Source: Felis catus
Lineage: Eukaryota
Reading direction: 5' to 3'
NCBI RefSeq assembly: GCF_018350175.1
Contig: NC_058368.1
Span: 54,686,001 to 54,750,000 of the forward strand
DNA length: 64,000 nt
Below the pieces are notes generated by a model, which searched no databases, was not told where the DNA came from, and worked only from the letters and a program-made list of their open reading frames with translations. Below, one piece after another: positions 12,606-25,959 of this stretch (its first letter is position 1; the number at the start of each line of letters is the position of its first letter). The position numbers and the translations under genes were made by a program.

Positions 12606-13589
12606 TTTACTACTTATAAAATCATTCATTATTAAACCCTGCAAAAAATGTTTTTTTAAAGTTTAATAATTTCTTGTACACCCATCATTCATATTGAAAT
12701 ACTAATGTTGCTATAAAAGTTTGTTCTTAGCCACTTGATTGATTAATCATCAAACTCAATGGACTATCACATATAATTTTTACATAGGTTTTTTATAAGA
12801 AAGAAGTACATGTGTCTATAATAAATACTTCTTGAGAGGCTGTATGAATGGTATATTCACTGTTTGTAAATATAACTATATGATAAGGGAAATTTTCCTG
12901 TTGCATCAACAATAAGGTACAGTCCATGGTAAGAATAAAATAACTTTAGATAGCTCAGATTCCAAAAATAAAAATAAAATAAAAGAGAGAAAGAAAAAGA
13001 AAAACTGAAAATAATCTGGGAAGACTTTTGCAGGACTTATTAAAGTCTTCCCTGACTGTGAGTCTATATCTGCTTCTCCAGGCTTCATAGACCAAAACCT
13101 GAGGCAAGAGAAGCAATCATTCATTGCTCATAAACCATCAGCATAGGATTTGAGTATTTCTCCCCACATAAACTTAGCATATCAAATAAAGGGTGGGGAT
13201 AGGGAGAGCTTCAACTGAACATTTTAGAGATTGAGAAACATGCTGGCTGAGAATCACAACAAGAGGGTTTGGAGTGATCAACAAGAGGGTTTGGTTGAGC
13301 TGATGTGGGTTGTTAGAGTTGCAGCCAGAGTAGATCTCTTTCATACCTTCTCACTACCAGAGCCAGTGTGCATATGGTGCCTATAGCAGCCACTTGGTAT
13401 TAAACAGGGAAACAGTCAACCAAGAATAAACTATGACGCCAATGGAGAATACCTGTCCTTTTTCTTTGCCCTCTTCCTCACTTAATATGTTTAAGGAGAA
13501 ACAAGTTGGAGTTAAACTGAATAACAGAAACTATTTTAATGTATGAAACTAAACAGAAAGTTGTGAGATCTTCTGCCAAGTTATTTTTA

Positions 13590-14046
13590 TCACTAAGGTC
13601 CTAAGAGAAAAATGATGACACACTCAGTTTAGTGTAATTTCTGGAGAATTTAATAAATGGACAATTAACAGGATCATGGACAGGTTGTAAAAAAGACACC
13701 AGGATAGTGCAGTACTCTGGGTTAATAACAGCCAAATTGTTACTAACTCAAACGTGAAGGGTAGAGAGAGGGTGTTACTAAACTCACAGGAGAATCTTGT
13801 GGAGAGGCAAATTTAAGAGCATCTGCAACCTTCAGTCAAGGGTGAGCTGGAAAATGAGTGCACGGACTTTATTTCCATCCTCCTACCTCAGATCTCCTAC
13901 TTAGCTTCCCAATAACCAGCCAGAAAGGGAGCCAGAGGTCAAGAGATATCACTATTTAGTCTATACAAATCAACTCGTAGAGAAGAGATCAGTGTGGGTC
14001 AAAGGTGGAGAATGGATGGAGAGGCAGGAAGAACATATCTGGTACA
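13590..14046 (-). mobile_element. LTR33-like ERVL solo LTR
   Basis: GGATAGTGCAGTACTCTGGG...GGAGCCAGAGGTCAAGAGA...GGTGGAGAATGGATGGAGAGGCA...ATATCTGGTACA resembles reverse complement of recalled LTR33. Confidence 0.6.
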
Positions 14047-14286
14047 CTATTAAAGAAAGGGAATCAAATGTTCAGTAGAGCGTAGTTGAAGTAAGTTATT
14101 ACAGGGGGAAAAAATCTTGTCTTTAATTCACCACGTTCAAACTATAAATCAATACCTAGATTTACCAGAATCAAGGCCTTATTGTCTGAAGTTTAAAATA
14201 ATTAGTTTCCAGAATGTCTTTCTTATTTTAGATCAGATTCACAAGAGGAACAATTAGACATTGTTAGGTGAAAAATAAATAGTATA

Positions 14287-14490
14287 GGAGTGCCTGGGTC
14301 GCTCAGTTGGTTAAGCGTCCAACTTTGGTTCAGGTCATGATCTCTTGGTTCAAGAGTTGGAGCCTCACATCGGGCTCTGTGCTGATAGCTCAGAGCCTGG
14401 AGCCTGGTTCAGACTGTGTGCCTCCCTCTCTCTCTGCCCCTCCTCGGCTCGTGCTCTGTCTCTATCTCAAACATAAAATAAACAATAAAA
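14287..14490 (+). mobile_element. Can-SINE
   Basis: GGAGTGCCTGGGTCGCTCAGTTGGTTAAGCGTCC head, GCTCAGAGCCTGGAGCCTG, CT tract, A tail. Confidence 0.95.
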
Positions 14491-14624
14491 GATAATATAA
14501 TTTAGTCAAGTAAAGAAAGAAAATCTAAATTCCTATTTGCAAGACATATTTTGCAATAGAGTTTTTTAGAAAAGTAGTAAAAAACATGTGATAATAGTAA
14601 AAATGAAATTGCCTTTTTCATCAA

Positions 14625-14770
14625 AGAGAACTAGGTTTGATCCTTGGCTCTGTGATTTAATAGCCTGGCATCATTAAAGTCACTTGTCCTTTTGGAGCCT
14701 CAATTTCTCCATTCATTAAATATTATTATCCATTCACAGGTTTTCTGTGATGATTAAATGAGACATAATA
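14625..14770 (+). mobile_element. MIR fragment
   Basis: GGTTTGATCCTTGGCTCTG...GAGCCTCAATTTCTCCAT...GATTAAATGAGA MIR core. Confidence 0.7.
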
Positions 14771-15339
14771 ATAGCAAGCATATTATCATTTTGATTGGCC
14801 TATGATTCAGTCTTTAATATTCATTTAAAGGAGTTAAATAATTTTTAAAGAGAGAAAGAAAAGAAAGTTGGTGTGTGGAGGTAATATTGAACACACCATA
14901 ACGGAGTACTTTGATTTACCTTGTGTCTTCAAAACAGCTGACTTTTAAAATTTTGGTCTGAAAAGAATAAATGAATCATTACCTTCAGATATGCATAGAA
15001 ATTTCAAAAAGGGATTTATTGTTCTAGAAATTATTATTTAATAAAACTATCTGTGACCAATTAAGGTCATCATTTTCTAAGATCTCTGAACATTTTGTCA
15101 TTTAGAAGGAATAAACTGATAATAGACATCCGAATGACAAAGCAAAAATTTGGGGCATTGCAAAGGGTGGCTCCAAACAAGATGTAGTTTCAGGGGATGG
15201 CAATGAGTTTCCTGCAGTAAAATTTCCTAGGAAAGGTAAATACAAACCACTGGTGGTGATCTTTCAAGTAAGCAGAGCTAAGCATCCTTGAAGAAGTACG
15301 ATGGTCTGCTCAATCACATGTGCCCTGTTCTTAAATGAT

Positions 15340-15609
15340 GCAAAAATAATTGTAGTTCCCTGAATCTGTCATGTTCTTTCTCACTTCCATCTTTTGAATT
15401 TCTTCCCTGTCTTTGGAATGTCATACCTTTTCTGTCACCTCTCCATCTGCTTGGATTAGCTCCTGTGTTCCAGTCATGACTTAGCTTATTACTTGGCCTA
15501 GCTAAGCCTCCATCTGAATAAAACATGTCAGTCCTTATAGCACATTGTCCTATGCATGTATCTTTTATAACTCTGACCACACTATGACCGTATTATTAGA
15601 TTGCCAACT

Positions 15610-15649
<40 letters not shown>

Positions 15650-15735
15650 ATGCCTGTTTACTACCAGCTTGTAGCAGTTTGCTTGCCACATAATATAATA
15701 AATGCACGCATGGCTAAAACAAAAAATGAATGAAT
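15340..15735 (+). mobile_element. LINE-2 3' end containing (GA)n
   Basis: GTTCCCTGAATCTGTCATG...TTGGAATGTC... ending AATGAATGAAT, the L2 terminal repeat. Confidence 0.6.
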
Positions 15736-15919
15736 ATTAAAGGCTTGATAGTACCCTGTCATTAATGATGAAATCGATAGTTTTCAGTAAGTCATGCTTA
15801 GCCTTGATTTGACCTCCAAAAAACGTGATTAAAGTTCTTTCAGGCTGCTTAGTACAGTCCATATTTTCTTTACTCTGTGTTCTTTTCTATATTGGTATAA
15901 TACATTTTAATTATGTTTT

Positions 15920-16136
15920 AAATTTTTAAATGTATATTCATTTTTGAGAGAGAGAGAGAGAACACGCAAGCAGGGGGTGGGGGGCAGAGAGAGAAAAGGA
16001 GACACAGAATCCCAAGCAGGCTCCAGGCTCTGAGATGTCAGTGCAGAGCCCCACGTGGTGCCTGAACTCATGAGGCATAAGATCATGACCTGAGCCAAAG
16101 TTGGACACTTAACTGACTGAGCCACCCAGGTGCCCC
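15920..16136 (-). mobile_element. Can-SINE
   Basis: GGAGACACAGAATCCCAAGCAGGCTCCAGGCTCTGAG...GCCACCCAGGTGCCCC; TSD TTTAATTAT. Confidence 0.95.
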
Positions 16137-18508
16137 TTTAATTATCTTTTTAAAAGTAGAGATTATGTTCAAATTTTTGAATGAATCTAGAAGCATTTCA
16201 TACTTTCACTGTAGAAGAAAGACACTAAGTCATGTAGCAAGCTTTATGATTTAGTCACCCTTGTATTGCCTACACCAAGTCTAGAATACAGTATGTTAAA
16301 AATAAATGCTTAGAAATTATATGAGTAAGTTGATTATGACTCAGTCTTTCTTTTCCATGTAAGGTATCGGGCCCATATTATATAGGTACAATACTATGGC
16401 AGACTTGTGAGTCTAATGTTACTTGGAAAAAACTAAGGAAATTTATGCTTTGTATTATTTATTGGATTATTTATATAAATATAAGATACACATAGAAGAG
16501 ATTTGTTAGTATATTAAAGTATGCATTTAGGGTTTTTATTTAGTTATGTATTATTATCTTTTAAGATGTATATATAGGACTCTATGGTTTATTTTCTAGA
16601 TATACACTTTAGCAGTATATAGAACACTTTATTTTGAACAAAGTATGATTTGTTTATTATGGTTCATAAAGTAATGCCTTCCTACCAATAAAAAAAACAT
16701 TTATATGAAAGAGATTTGGGGTATTTCATAAAACATTCTATAATAATGGTTTCAGTGGCTATACAATGAGGGGTGATATAAGAATAGAGATGAAACTTGG
16801 TAACCCTCACCCTGTCTGCATTTAAATGTTATTGCTGATCCATAAAAATAACACATTACAAAATGAGGAGAAAATAGAAGAAAACATCCATAAACCACTA
16901 CTATAAAAAGAAAACAGAAAATGAGAATCCAAACTATTTCATTAATGAAAATCCTCCCAACTGTGAGGCAAAAGAAAACAACACCCTCATCCAAATTACA
17001 CACCATTAAACAAAAATTCTCAGTTATAAAAACCCCCCCTCAGATCACAATTAAGATTGGTAGATTTAAAAAAAAAAAAGGAAACTTAGGAGTGTTAAAG
17101 AGTTTATGCAGCGAAGGAGTCACTGAGTCTACTCAGAAGAATTTTACTTGCTTGAGGAGTTTTTATATTCATGCTAATCAAAGAAAGCATATGACACTGA
17201 GTCTGATACTAACATTTAAGCCCCGGTGCTTTACCAACTTCGTTTCCTTCAGCACCAAGGATACCAATTTAATTTTTTAAACTATTTCCTGATGATTTTT
17301 GTTAAATCAACTTTGTTCATGTATTAGAATAGGATTGCCATTTCTTTAAAATTAGCAAAAACAGATTTGATGAAAAAAAAGTTATTAAAATGCTACTCTC
17401 CTCAGGAGAGCAATGGACAGTTGGAAACAAATATCCGGATCTCACATTATTTAAGATACACATGGATTAATTTGTAAATATAATACTCCAGTCTCTACCA
17501 AAGATATGGCAGAGCACCCCCCCTCCCAATTTTTTTTACACAAACATTAAAATTCACTGACAAGAACTGGTAAGAAAATTTTCTTCTACCTTATTAATAT
17601 CCTATAGTAAACTTTTGGCTTCAAATATGAAAAAGCACCATGAAAACACACTATATCTTATCACATTTATATGTTCAATCATGTTTATGTCGCTATACCA
17701 AGAGTTTGGATAGGTTTTCTAATAGTCAAAATAATTAAAATTCTAGAGTACAGGTGGATGTGTTAATCCTTCAGGTCAGCAGCTTACCTTGAGAAAGTGT
17801 TGGGTCTGATATTCTTCCTTGGAGATTGGACTGGCTGTTAAGACCCAGCATAAGTTAAGGTTAACAGTTGTTCCTGGCAAGAAAATGAAAGAGTATCAAA
17901 ACTCTGAACACGACAGATACAACTCAAATATTATGACTCACAAAAAAAGTCTCATGATATGACTTCCAAATGAACAATGTTGGAAGCAATAATCTTTAGA
18001 GAAGGATTAAAAAAACTGGTGTCACCCAATTGGAGGTAGAAAGGTAAAGGGGAGAATAAAATAAACTAGAGAATGGGGCTGGGTTTTACTTATATTTCAA
18101 GATAAAGCAAACAAGAAACAAGCCTAAAATATAATGATTAGGGAATATAATTTTCACTGTAGGATTATTTAAAAATGTGCTATGCTATTCTGGATCTTTT
18201 GTCCATTCCTACAGAGGGCTGGATATATTCTCTGACGCATTTACTTAATGACCTCATGAGATGTTCCCAAGTGGCTGGGGAGGGTCAGTATTCCACCAGC
18301 TTCCTACCTTCTGAAGAAAATAAAATGAAAATGTTAAAAAGATTTTTTTTAATCACTGTGGGCATATTTCATGTCTTTTCTTATAGATTCTAATATTCTA
18401 CACAGCTATTTTGAATTTCTACACAGCTTCTATTTTGAATGATTCTCTTTCTTTTAACAAGATGCTGTCGACTCTGGATATCTATATTATTAGTTTAGAT
18501 CTTTTTAA

Positions 18509-18729
18509 AGTTTATTTATTTTTGACAGAGAGAGAGAGAGAAAGAGAGACAGAGAGAGGCAGAACATGAGTGTGGGAGGAGCAGAGAGAGGGAGACACAG
18601 AATCCGAAGCAGGCTCCAGGCTCTGAGCTGTCAGCATAGAGCCAGATGCGGGGCTCGAACTCACAGACCGCAAGATCATGACCTGAGCCAAAGTCGGACA
18701 CTCAATGGACTGAGCCACCCAGGTGCCCC
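18509..18729 (-). mobile_element. Can-SINE
   Basis: Full-length; 17-bp TSD AGTTTAGATCTTTTTAA at 18492-18508 and 18730-18746. Confidence 0.97.
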
Positions 18730-21436
18730 AGTTTAGATCTTTTTAATGCTAACGTTTCCAATTTCCTTAATTGTTTTTCAGATAAATGAGGTCTATATGA
18801 AAAGAATCGACATGTTGACTTTGTAATATTTTGTACTATCTGCATTTTGTTACTTCTTTCACTTTTTAAACCTGGCTCAGTGATTGTTTAAAAAAAGTAA
18901 AAGCCAATTGTCATCCTATAAACAGGCAAAGTCATTCCTGACTTGAAAAGCAGTCCAAAGCTTTTAGCACGCACTCTGTAATTAATTCAGCTTACGCAAT
19001 GTTTAAATAAACATGACACGTAATCTTGTCTAATTTAAAGGCATAAAAACAAATTTTATGCATGTTTAAACTTCTTAACAATAATATTTGTTCCTTTTCT
19101 AATTTTAGACAATGTGATTAATATAGGATTTAAGAAAGTAAAAATAACGTTAATACATATTTTATCACATGGTTCTCTGAAGATTAGGATTTAGGCAAAT
19201 TGATTTTATTAATCTGTGAGACATTGTTAAAAATGTGTCCTTATTTTTAAAGAATAAGCTCATTGAAAAGGGAACACTTAAATGTCAGATTTCTTTGTTT
19301 CACTTGATCAAGTTTTTGTAATGATTTATTTTCATAAGAATTGTTCAATGTTTGTATATTTCTGCTTATGTACTGGAGTTTAAGAGACATTTTAAAAGTA
19401 CTAAAAAATATAGATTAGGTTTGTCCAATTATGTTACAATGATAAAATGTATCTTTGTGACCAAGATTATAATTAGTCTGTTTATTCCTAAATTACTACT
19501 ACATTATTAAAAAATTACCATTATTCACTTTAATATTTTTCATCTCATGCAAACTGATGAATTTCCTTTCTTATAGTACTACTATTTTAAAGGTTTGAAT
19601 TGCCTTTTACATTGTGATTGTATGTTTAATTTAATTGTATGTTTATCTTTTCTTTTGAATTTCTCTATATGAAAATGACCTGATAACCACTTAAATAGGA
19701 AAAAAATAAAGTTCAATACAGGTTTTTGGTAGAGTACCACACATTTCACAGCAAAATAAATGTGCCAATGTATTTTTGGTTTCAAATGTTACCTAAAATT
19801 TACCATTCTATACTGTTATTACAGCAAATAGCATAATTAGGACAAGTAAAATCCAGGCAGGACATTAATAATTATTCTATCATAGATAGATACAAAGGAA
19901 GAAGGAAGAAAAGAAGGGAAAGAAAGAAAGAATTAGGTCACATAGATATACAGAAATATATAAAATGTGTATATGTACACAAACATACAGATACCCACAA
20001 TATATACATAATATATATATATGCAAATATATACACACAAATAAATGCATATATATAGTCATATTTATCCAAAGAGACACGAAGAAATTTAAAATTTAAA
20101 CAAAGGACAAGGTAATATAGAAATAATATGCAAAGAAAGGATAATGGATAAAAGCTTTCAAGTACTTCTGTTTATTTGAATATATCACAAAATTCAGTTA
20201 AATATATTCAGATTCACTCTTTTAGAAATAAGTTATTATTTTGTCTTATTTTTTCCTGTAGTCATCCTCTGTAAGAACAATTCAGAAGGTTTTGTTGCCA
20301 TGGTTATTATTATTATTATAAGTTACACTACAATATCATCTTCATAAATGATTATTAGATGATCCTCAATAAAAATTCTGAGTAAATACCTTAAGCTCTA
20401 AAGGGAACTGAGTAGCAGGTTCTAACAGAGCCTTTTCCTGTTTTTTTCATTATTTTATCTCTTGCACTTGGCACTGGCCGGGCACAGGCTGAGGGGAGGA
20501 GTGGAGTGAATTACAAACTTAACCAGATGAGGATGTAGAAGCCTTGCTTTGGGGGAACCTGGCTCATGGTGTAAACAGCAGATTTTATGAAATATTTAGG
20601 AGAAGAATATAATGAAAAATCCCTTATAAAATTAGTCAATGAACATTGACAAATTTGGTATGAATTCTTATAATTAGACCTCTTTTTTTTTGGTAAGTGC
20701 TTAATTCAGTTGTTTCTTAGAACCTCTTTATCCAGTCACCTTTATTGTTTTTTAAGCATGTAAGACAATGGCAGAAGGCAAATTCTCATTTGACTCCTTT
20801 ATAAATTTCCCATTAAATATGGTCTTTTGTTTACCAACTGCTTCCGGCTCCATTCTTGAAATTTGTTTTACGCAAACATTAATTATTCCTGTGTTTACCC
20901 CAAATACTTGCCTAATATTATTCTCAATCATACATTTTTTTTACTTTATATGCAGAGAACAGTCATGTACAGAATCATCTTGACTAGTGACCACACAATC
21001 AGTTCCCTAAAGAAGCCACATACTGAGTTCATATTCATCAAATGTAGGTAACATGTTATCTTTTTGATTAATTTTTTTCTAAATCTATTTACTAAATGAT
21101 TTAATTTATAAGTTATTTTAGCTTTGTAAAACATTTGAAAAATAAATTATATGATAAATTGTGTACTTCCAGATGGCTCACTCAAATGAAAGATGCCCTT
21201 ACAAGTATAACCTATATGTATTATACTAATCCTATAGATTTCTACCACTTTAAAAAGTGGTATTATTAAAATACTATTATTAAAAATAATATTCTATCTC
21301 TCAAGAAAATGTCAACTTAACATTGTAACATGGTAAATTTGTTACATAAAGTATACATATTTTGGTTAAAATTATGATATAGCTCAAGATGTATAAATTA
21401 TTTGTGATAATTACTCTCTTTGTATTCTATAAGGGG

Positions 21437-22043
21437 TGTCAACCATAAACATAAAATACCCAGTTGTTTTACCACCAGTTTGCTCAGGAATGCCTAAGGT
21501 ATGCAGTTTGGGACAAGGTAAGTCTGAAGAGACAAAAGGAAGGTCTATTTTTGTTAGGTTTTAGGAGGACACTGCAGAGGGTTATTTGGAACCCAAGTTC
21601 ACCGGAGAAGAACAAGAGTGGGTTAGAGAGGTTTCTCACTGGCTGCAAGGGCTGGTTAGTGCACTGTTGCTGGGGCAGGGAGAGAACTTCTTTCTTTTTC
21701 TCAAAAGCAGGAGATAAAATTCCTATGCAAAAAAAATGTCTTGCCTTTTTAAGGTAAGAATTATCTTCCTGGGCACTTGGGTGGCTCAGTTGGTTAAGCT
21801 TCAGACTTCAGTTCAGGTCATGATCTCACAGTTCATGAGTTTGAGCCCTTTGTGGGGCTCTGTGCTGACAGCTCAGAGCTTGGAGCCTGCTTTGGACTCT
21901 GTGTCTCCCTCTTTCTCTGCCCCTCCCCCACTTGTACTCTATCTCTTTCTGTCTCTCAAAAATTAATAAATGTAAAAAATATTTTTAAAGGATATATCAG
22001 TGAAAACAAGTCAGACAATACTCCCTACCTTCATATTCTTACA
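21437..22043 (-). mobile_element. Probable solo LTR interrupted by a SINE
   Basis: More GC-rich block reading TGTAAGAAT...GGTTGACA on the minus strand (TG...CA); no clean TSD and family not recognised. Confidence 0.35.
21771..21985 (+). mobile_element. Can-SINE
   Basis: GGGCACTTGGGTGGCTCAGTTGGTTAAGC head, CT tract, A tail. Confidence 0.95.
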
Positions 22044-22179
22044 ATCTACGGAAGTGTTTCCTGTTTATAAACTAAATTTCCTAATGCAAAAATGAATGAA
22101 TTTATAATAATTTCAATTTTGTCTTCATACACACAGAAAATAAGACAGCGTTCCTTAAATAGATTATATGTGTCAATAT

Positions 22180-22560
22180 CTACATATTTATCTCATATAA
22201 TCCTAAGAACAATCCTTTATGGCAAGTACTATTTTTTAAAAAAAAATTTGTTTTTCAACATTTATTTATTTTTGGGACAGAGACAGACACAGCATGAACG
22301 GGGGAGGGGCAGAGAGAGAGGGAGACACAGATACGGAAACAGGCTCCAGGCTCTGAGCCATCAGCCCAGAGCCTGACGCGGGGCTCGAACTCCCAGACCG
22401 CGAGATCGTGACCTGGCTGAAGTCGGACGCTTAACCGACTGCGCCACCCAGGCGCCCCCTGGCAAGTACTATTTTTATTCTCATTTGGCTAGTTATAAAA
22501 CTGAGGCATGAAGAGATTGAGTAAACTTGCCAAAGTCAGAAAACAAGTATTGAGGTTCAG
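22180..22560 (-). mobile_element. MIR split by a SINE
   Basis: TTATCTCATATAATCCTAAGAACAATCC...AAACTGAGGCATGAAGAGATTGAGTAAACTTGCCAAAGTCA antisense MIR core on both sides of the SINE. Confidence 0.7.
22237..22459 (-). mobile_element. Young Felidae Can-SINE (SINEC_Fc-like)
   Basis: Retains many CpGs (GACCGCGAGATCGTGACC...GTCGGACGCTTAACCGACTGCGCCACCCAGGCGCCCC); perfect 17-bp TSD TGGCAAGTACTATTTTT at 22220-22236 and 22460-22476. Confidence 0.98.
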
Positions 22561-22897
22561 ATTAAAGCTCAGATTAAAGTTCATATTAAAATTTGTCATC
22601 ACAATACTCCCCAAATAACTTGCTATAGATACAGCCTCTTGGAGAACAAGATATGGCCTGTATATAGTTATCGGTTACTATGTTGCATAGATACTTGTAA
22701 CAGTAGAACAGGGAACAATTATGGGGATATAAACACTCAAAAGAGACATAAAATGAGATTGAAGGAGGGAAGCAATTTCGTAGCTCATAGCTGATAGGTG
22801 TGTAATTAGTACCGAGCTCCCAATGAAAAGGTACTAGAAGTTACTGGCTCAATTATAGGGTGAGTTTACTTATTTTGAAGTACAGTAGAATATCTGC

Positions 22898-23140
22898 TTT
22901 ACCAGTTTTCTATTGATGCTGTAACAATCTACCACAGATGTTGTGGCTCGCAACTACACAACTTTATTCTCTTATAATCCTGGAAATCAGAAGTCTAAAT
23001 TTGATCAGCAGGGCTACATTCCTTCTGGATACCACAGGGATGAATTTGCTTCCTTGGCTTTCCCATCTTCTAACATCTGATAAATTCCTTGGCTCATAGC
23101 CTTCTACCTCCATAATCAAAGCTAAATATTCAGACCTTAT
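22898..23140 (-). mobile_element. MLT1 LTR fragment
   Basis: AGTTTTCTATTGATGCTGTAACAATCTACCACA...TTTATTCTCTTATAATCCTGGAAATCAGAAGTCTAAA, antisense MLT1 3' end. Confidence 0.7.
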
Positions 23141-23154
23141 GCTTCTGTCTTCAT

Positions 23155-25101
23155 AACAAATAAAATGTCCAGGACTATCTGCCTTCATTGGTAAGTTTCA
23201 CCAAACAAAGAAGAATTAATACCAACCCTCCTCTGTTCCATAGACTAGAAGAGGAGCAAATACTTCCACATCCATTCTGAGATCAGCATTACCCTGATAC
23301 TAAAGCCAGACAAAAATACAATAAAATAAAACTGCGGACCAATATCCCTTACGAATTTGGATAAGTCGAAACCCAAAAATCCTCAACAAAGCATTAGTAA
23401 ACTAAATTCAGCAGAACATTTAAAAGATAATGTACCATAAACAAGCTTTTTTTTTTTTAATCCTAGGAGTGCAAAGGAGGCTTAGCATATGAAAATCAAT
23501 CAATGTAATACAACACATTTATAGAGTGAAGGGAAAAAACATACATGATCATCTCAACTAAAATAAATATGTGTCAATAATAAATATTTATTGCAGAATA
23601 AATAATTGAAAATCCAACACCATCCATGATAAAAATTCTCAACAAATTAGGAATAAATGGGAATTTCTCCAACATGATAATGAACATTAGCAGTGAACAA
23701 ATCAGACAAATCAGTGAACACCCCACAGCTAACATCTTACTAAACGGTGAGGAAATGAAAGCTTTTTTTCCCCTAAGACAAGGTAGAGGATAAGGATGTC
23801 CACTTGCACTGATAGCTCTGGTCAAAGAAGTTAACAAAGAACAAAAAATAAATGGCATTGAAATTGGAGATGAGGAAGTAAATTTATATTTACAGATCAC
23901 ATGATCTTGTATATAGAAAATTCTAAGGAATTAAGAATTACTGGAGCTGATAAACAAGCCCAACAAAGTTGCAAGACACAAGATTAACACCAACATTTCT
24001 ATTTCTATACAGTAGCAATGAGCAATATGAAAAGAAAACCAGGAAGATAATTCCATTTACAATTGAATCAAAGGGAATAGATAGTTAGGATTAATATAAG
24101 AAACTGCCAGATTTGTACGCTTAGAACTAGAAAAACTGGTGACACTAATGAAATAATACCCAAATAAACAGGAAGGTACCTTGTGTTAATGTACCGGAAG
24201 ACTTAATATTGTGCAAATGAGAACATTCCCCAAAAGTGATTTACATATTGAATGCAATCTCTATCAAAATCCTAATGGCTATTTTGCAGAAAAGGAAAAG
24301 CTTATTCTCAAATTCACATGGGATAGGAGAGACATTAAACTGTCAAAACAATCTTGATAAAAAAGAATAAAGGTGGAAGACTCTCATTTCCTGAGTTCAA
24401 AATTTACCCCAGGGCTGCAGTCATCAAAACAGTAAGGACTGTAACAATAAGGATAGACATACAGATCAAGGGAATAGAATTGAAAGTCCCATAATAAATC
24501 TATACATCTAAGGTCAATTTATTCTCAAAAGGGTGCCATGACCTTTCAATAGGAAACGAATCGTTTCTTTAACAAATGATGCTGGGACAACTGCACTCTG
24601 TCCACATCATATTCAAAAATTTACTCAAAAAGAACAAAAGGATTGAAAAGTACTTTAAAAAACATGTAAACAAATGTTCCTAGCAGCACTATTCACAATA
24701 TTCAAACAATGGAAACTATCTGTCTAAACAGCTGATAAATGGATAAAGAAAAGGCTGTATATCCATACAGTAGAATATTATTCAGCAATAAAAAGAGTAC
24801 AGATTAACACGTTACAACATTTATTGAAAATGTCTTAAAAGATACCAGACACAAAAGGCCACATACTTATTGTATGATTTATTTTATACAAAACATTCAG
24901 AGCAGGCAAATCCAAAGAGATAGAAAGCAGATTAATATTTGCCTGGGATAGGGGGCTGGGGAGAATGAAGGGTGACAGCTTAATGGGTATAGTTACCTTT
25001 GGGGTGATGAAAAGTTTCTGGGATTGGATGACAGTGACAATTGCACAACTGAATCACACACTTTAAAAAGGTTAAAATGGGAAATCTGTATATGTGTTTT
25101 A

Positions 25102-25105
<4 letters not shown>
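23155..25105 (+). mobile_element. L1 (L1MB-like) ORF2 and 3' UTR, 5'-truncated and internally deleted
   Basis: CAGCATTACCCTGATACTAAAGCCAGACAAA, AAATCAATCAATGTAATACA, AATGCAATCTCTATCAAAATCC (ORF2 RT region), then L1MB-type 3' UTR (GGGGTGATGAAAAGTTTCTG); many stops and frameshifts. Confidence 0.9.

Positions 25106-25106
<1 letters not shown>

Positions 25107-25139
<33 letters not shown>
25107..25139. repeat. (CA)n microsatellite at L1 tail
   Basis: Directly visible. Confidence 0.95.
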
Positions 25140-25144
<5 letters not shown>

Positions 25145-25959
25145 CAACATCAATAAAATTCACTCATAGACTCACCCAATGAAAAGTAACCTTCTCCAAA
25201 TGCTAAACTGTACATTTATTCATTAAACAACTTTGTTTTCCCTTTTTTAAAACTTGTTTACCAAATCAACAGCTTACTAACCATTATCATGTCCCATTTG
25301 CTAAAGGTCTCCTTTGTTGTTCTGTTTGTAACATTTTAATGAAATTCTATTTATAATCCTCTCATCTGCTCACCTCTTTGATTCTTTTTAGATGGGGACC
25401 ATGGCTATCAATCCATTAAAATCTTTTTCTTTGGACAAAAAGTTAAATAATCATTTTAAACATAACTAAAGCATTATTTTTAGAATATTGCCTTAGCAAC
25501 AAAAAGAATTGAACATATTTTCAGATATAATTTTATCCCCACCTCATTTTCTTAACCTAGTTACATTAATTCCCTGATTCTGTAACGTTATTAATTAAAA
25601 TATATATGAATTTTGTTTCTTTTCTCCGTAATTAGTTTGCCTCTGCCATGAGGTAAACTCTTATCTCACACCACGATGATCACATGATTTTCTTGTTCTC
25701 CCGAAGACCTTTCCATTTCAATCTACTTGATCTAGTTCTGCTAGATTAATCTTCCTAGACCTGCCTTTCACATATCTTTTCTCTGCTTTAAATTCTACAA
25801 TGATCCCCTGCATCCTCATAATCAAGTCCAATTTCGATTGTATGGTATTGCATGTACTTTACCAAATTACTGTTTTTACCTATGCAACCTGAGTTTTCTT
25901 GACCTTCTTCATGAATTCTCACTTCATGATGGCTAGTTTAAACATAAGACTACGTACAG

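Noticed and set aside
14307..14495. Recurrent ORFs with motifs like AQVMIS...GSVLTAQSLEPASDSVSPSLSAP (also at 15907, 18512, 21736, 27742, 35521, 39719, 41987, 58030, 62568)
   Set aside because: Translations of Can-SINE bodies, not a protein family.
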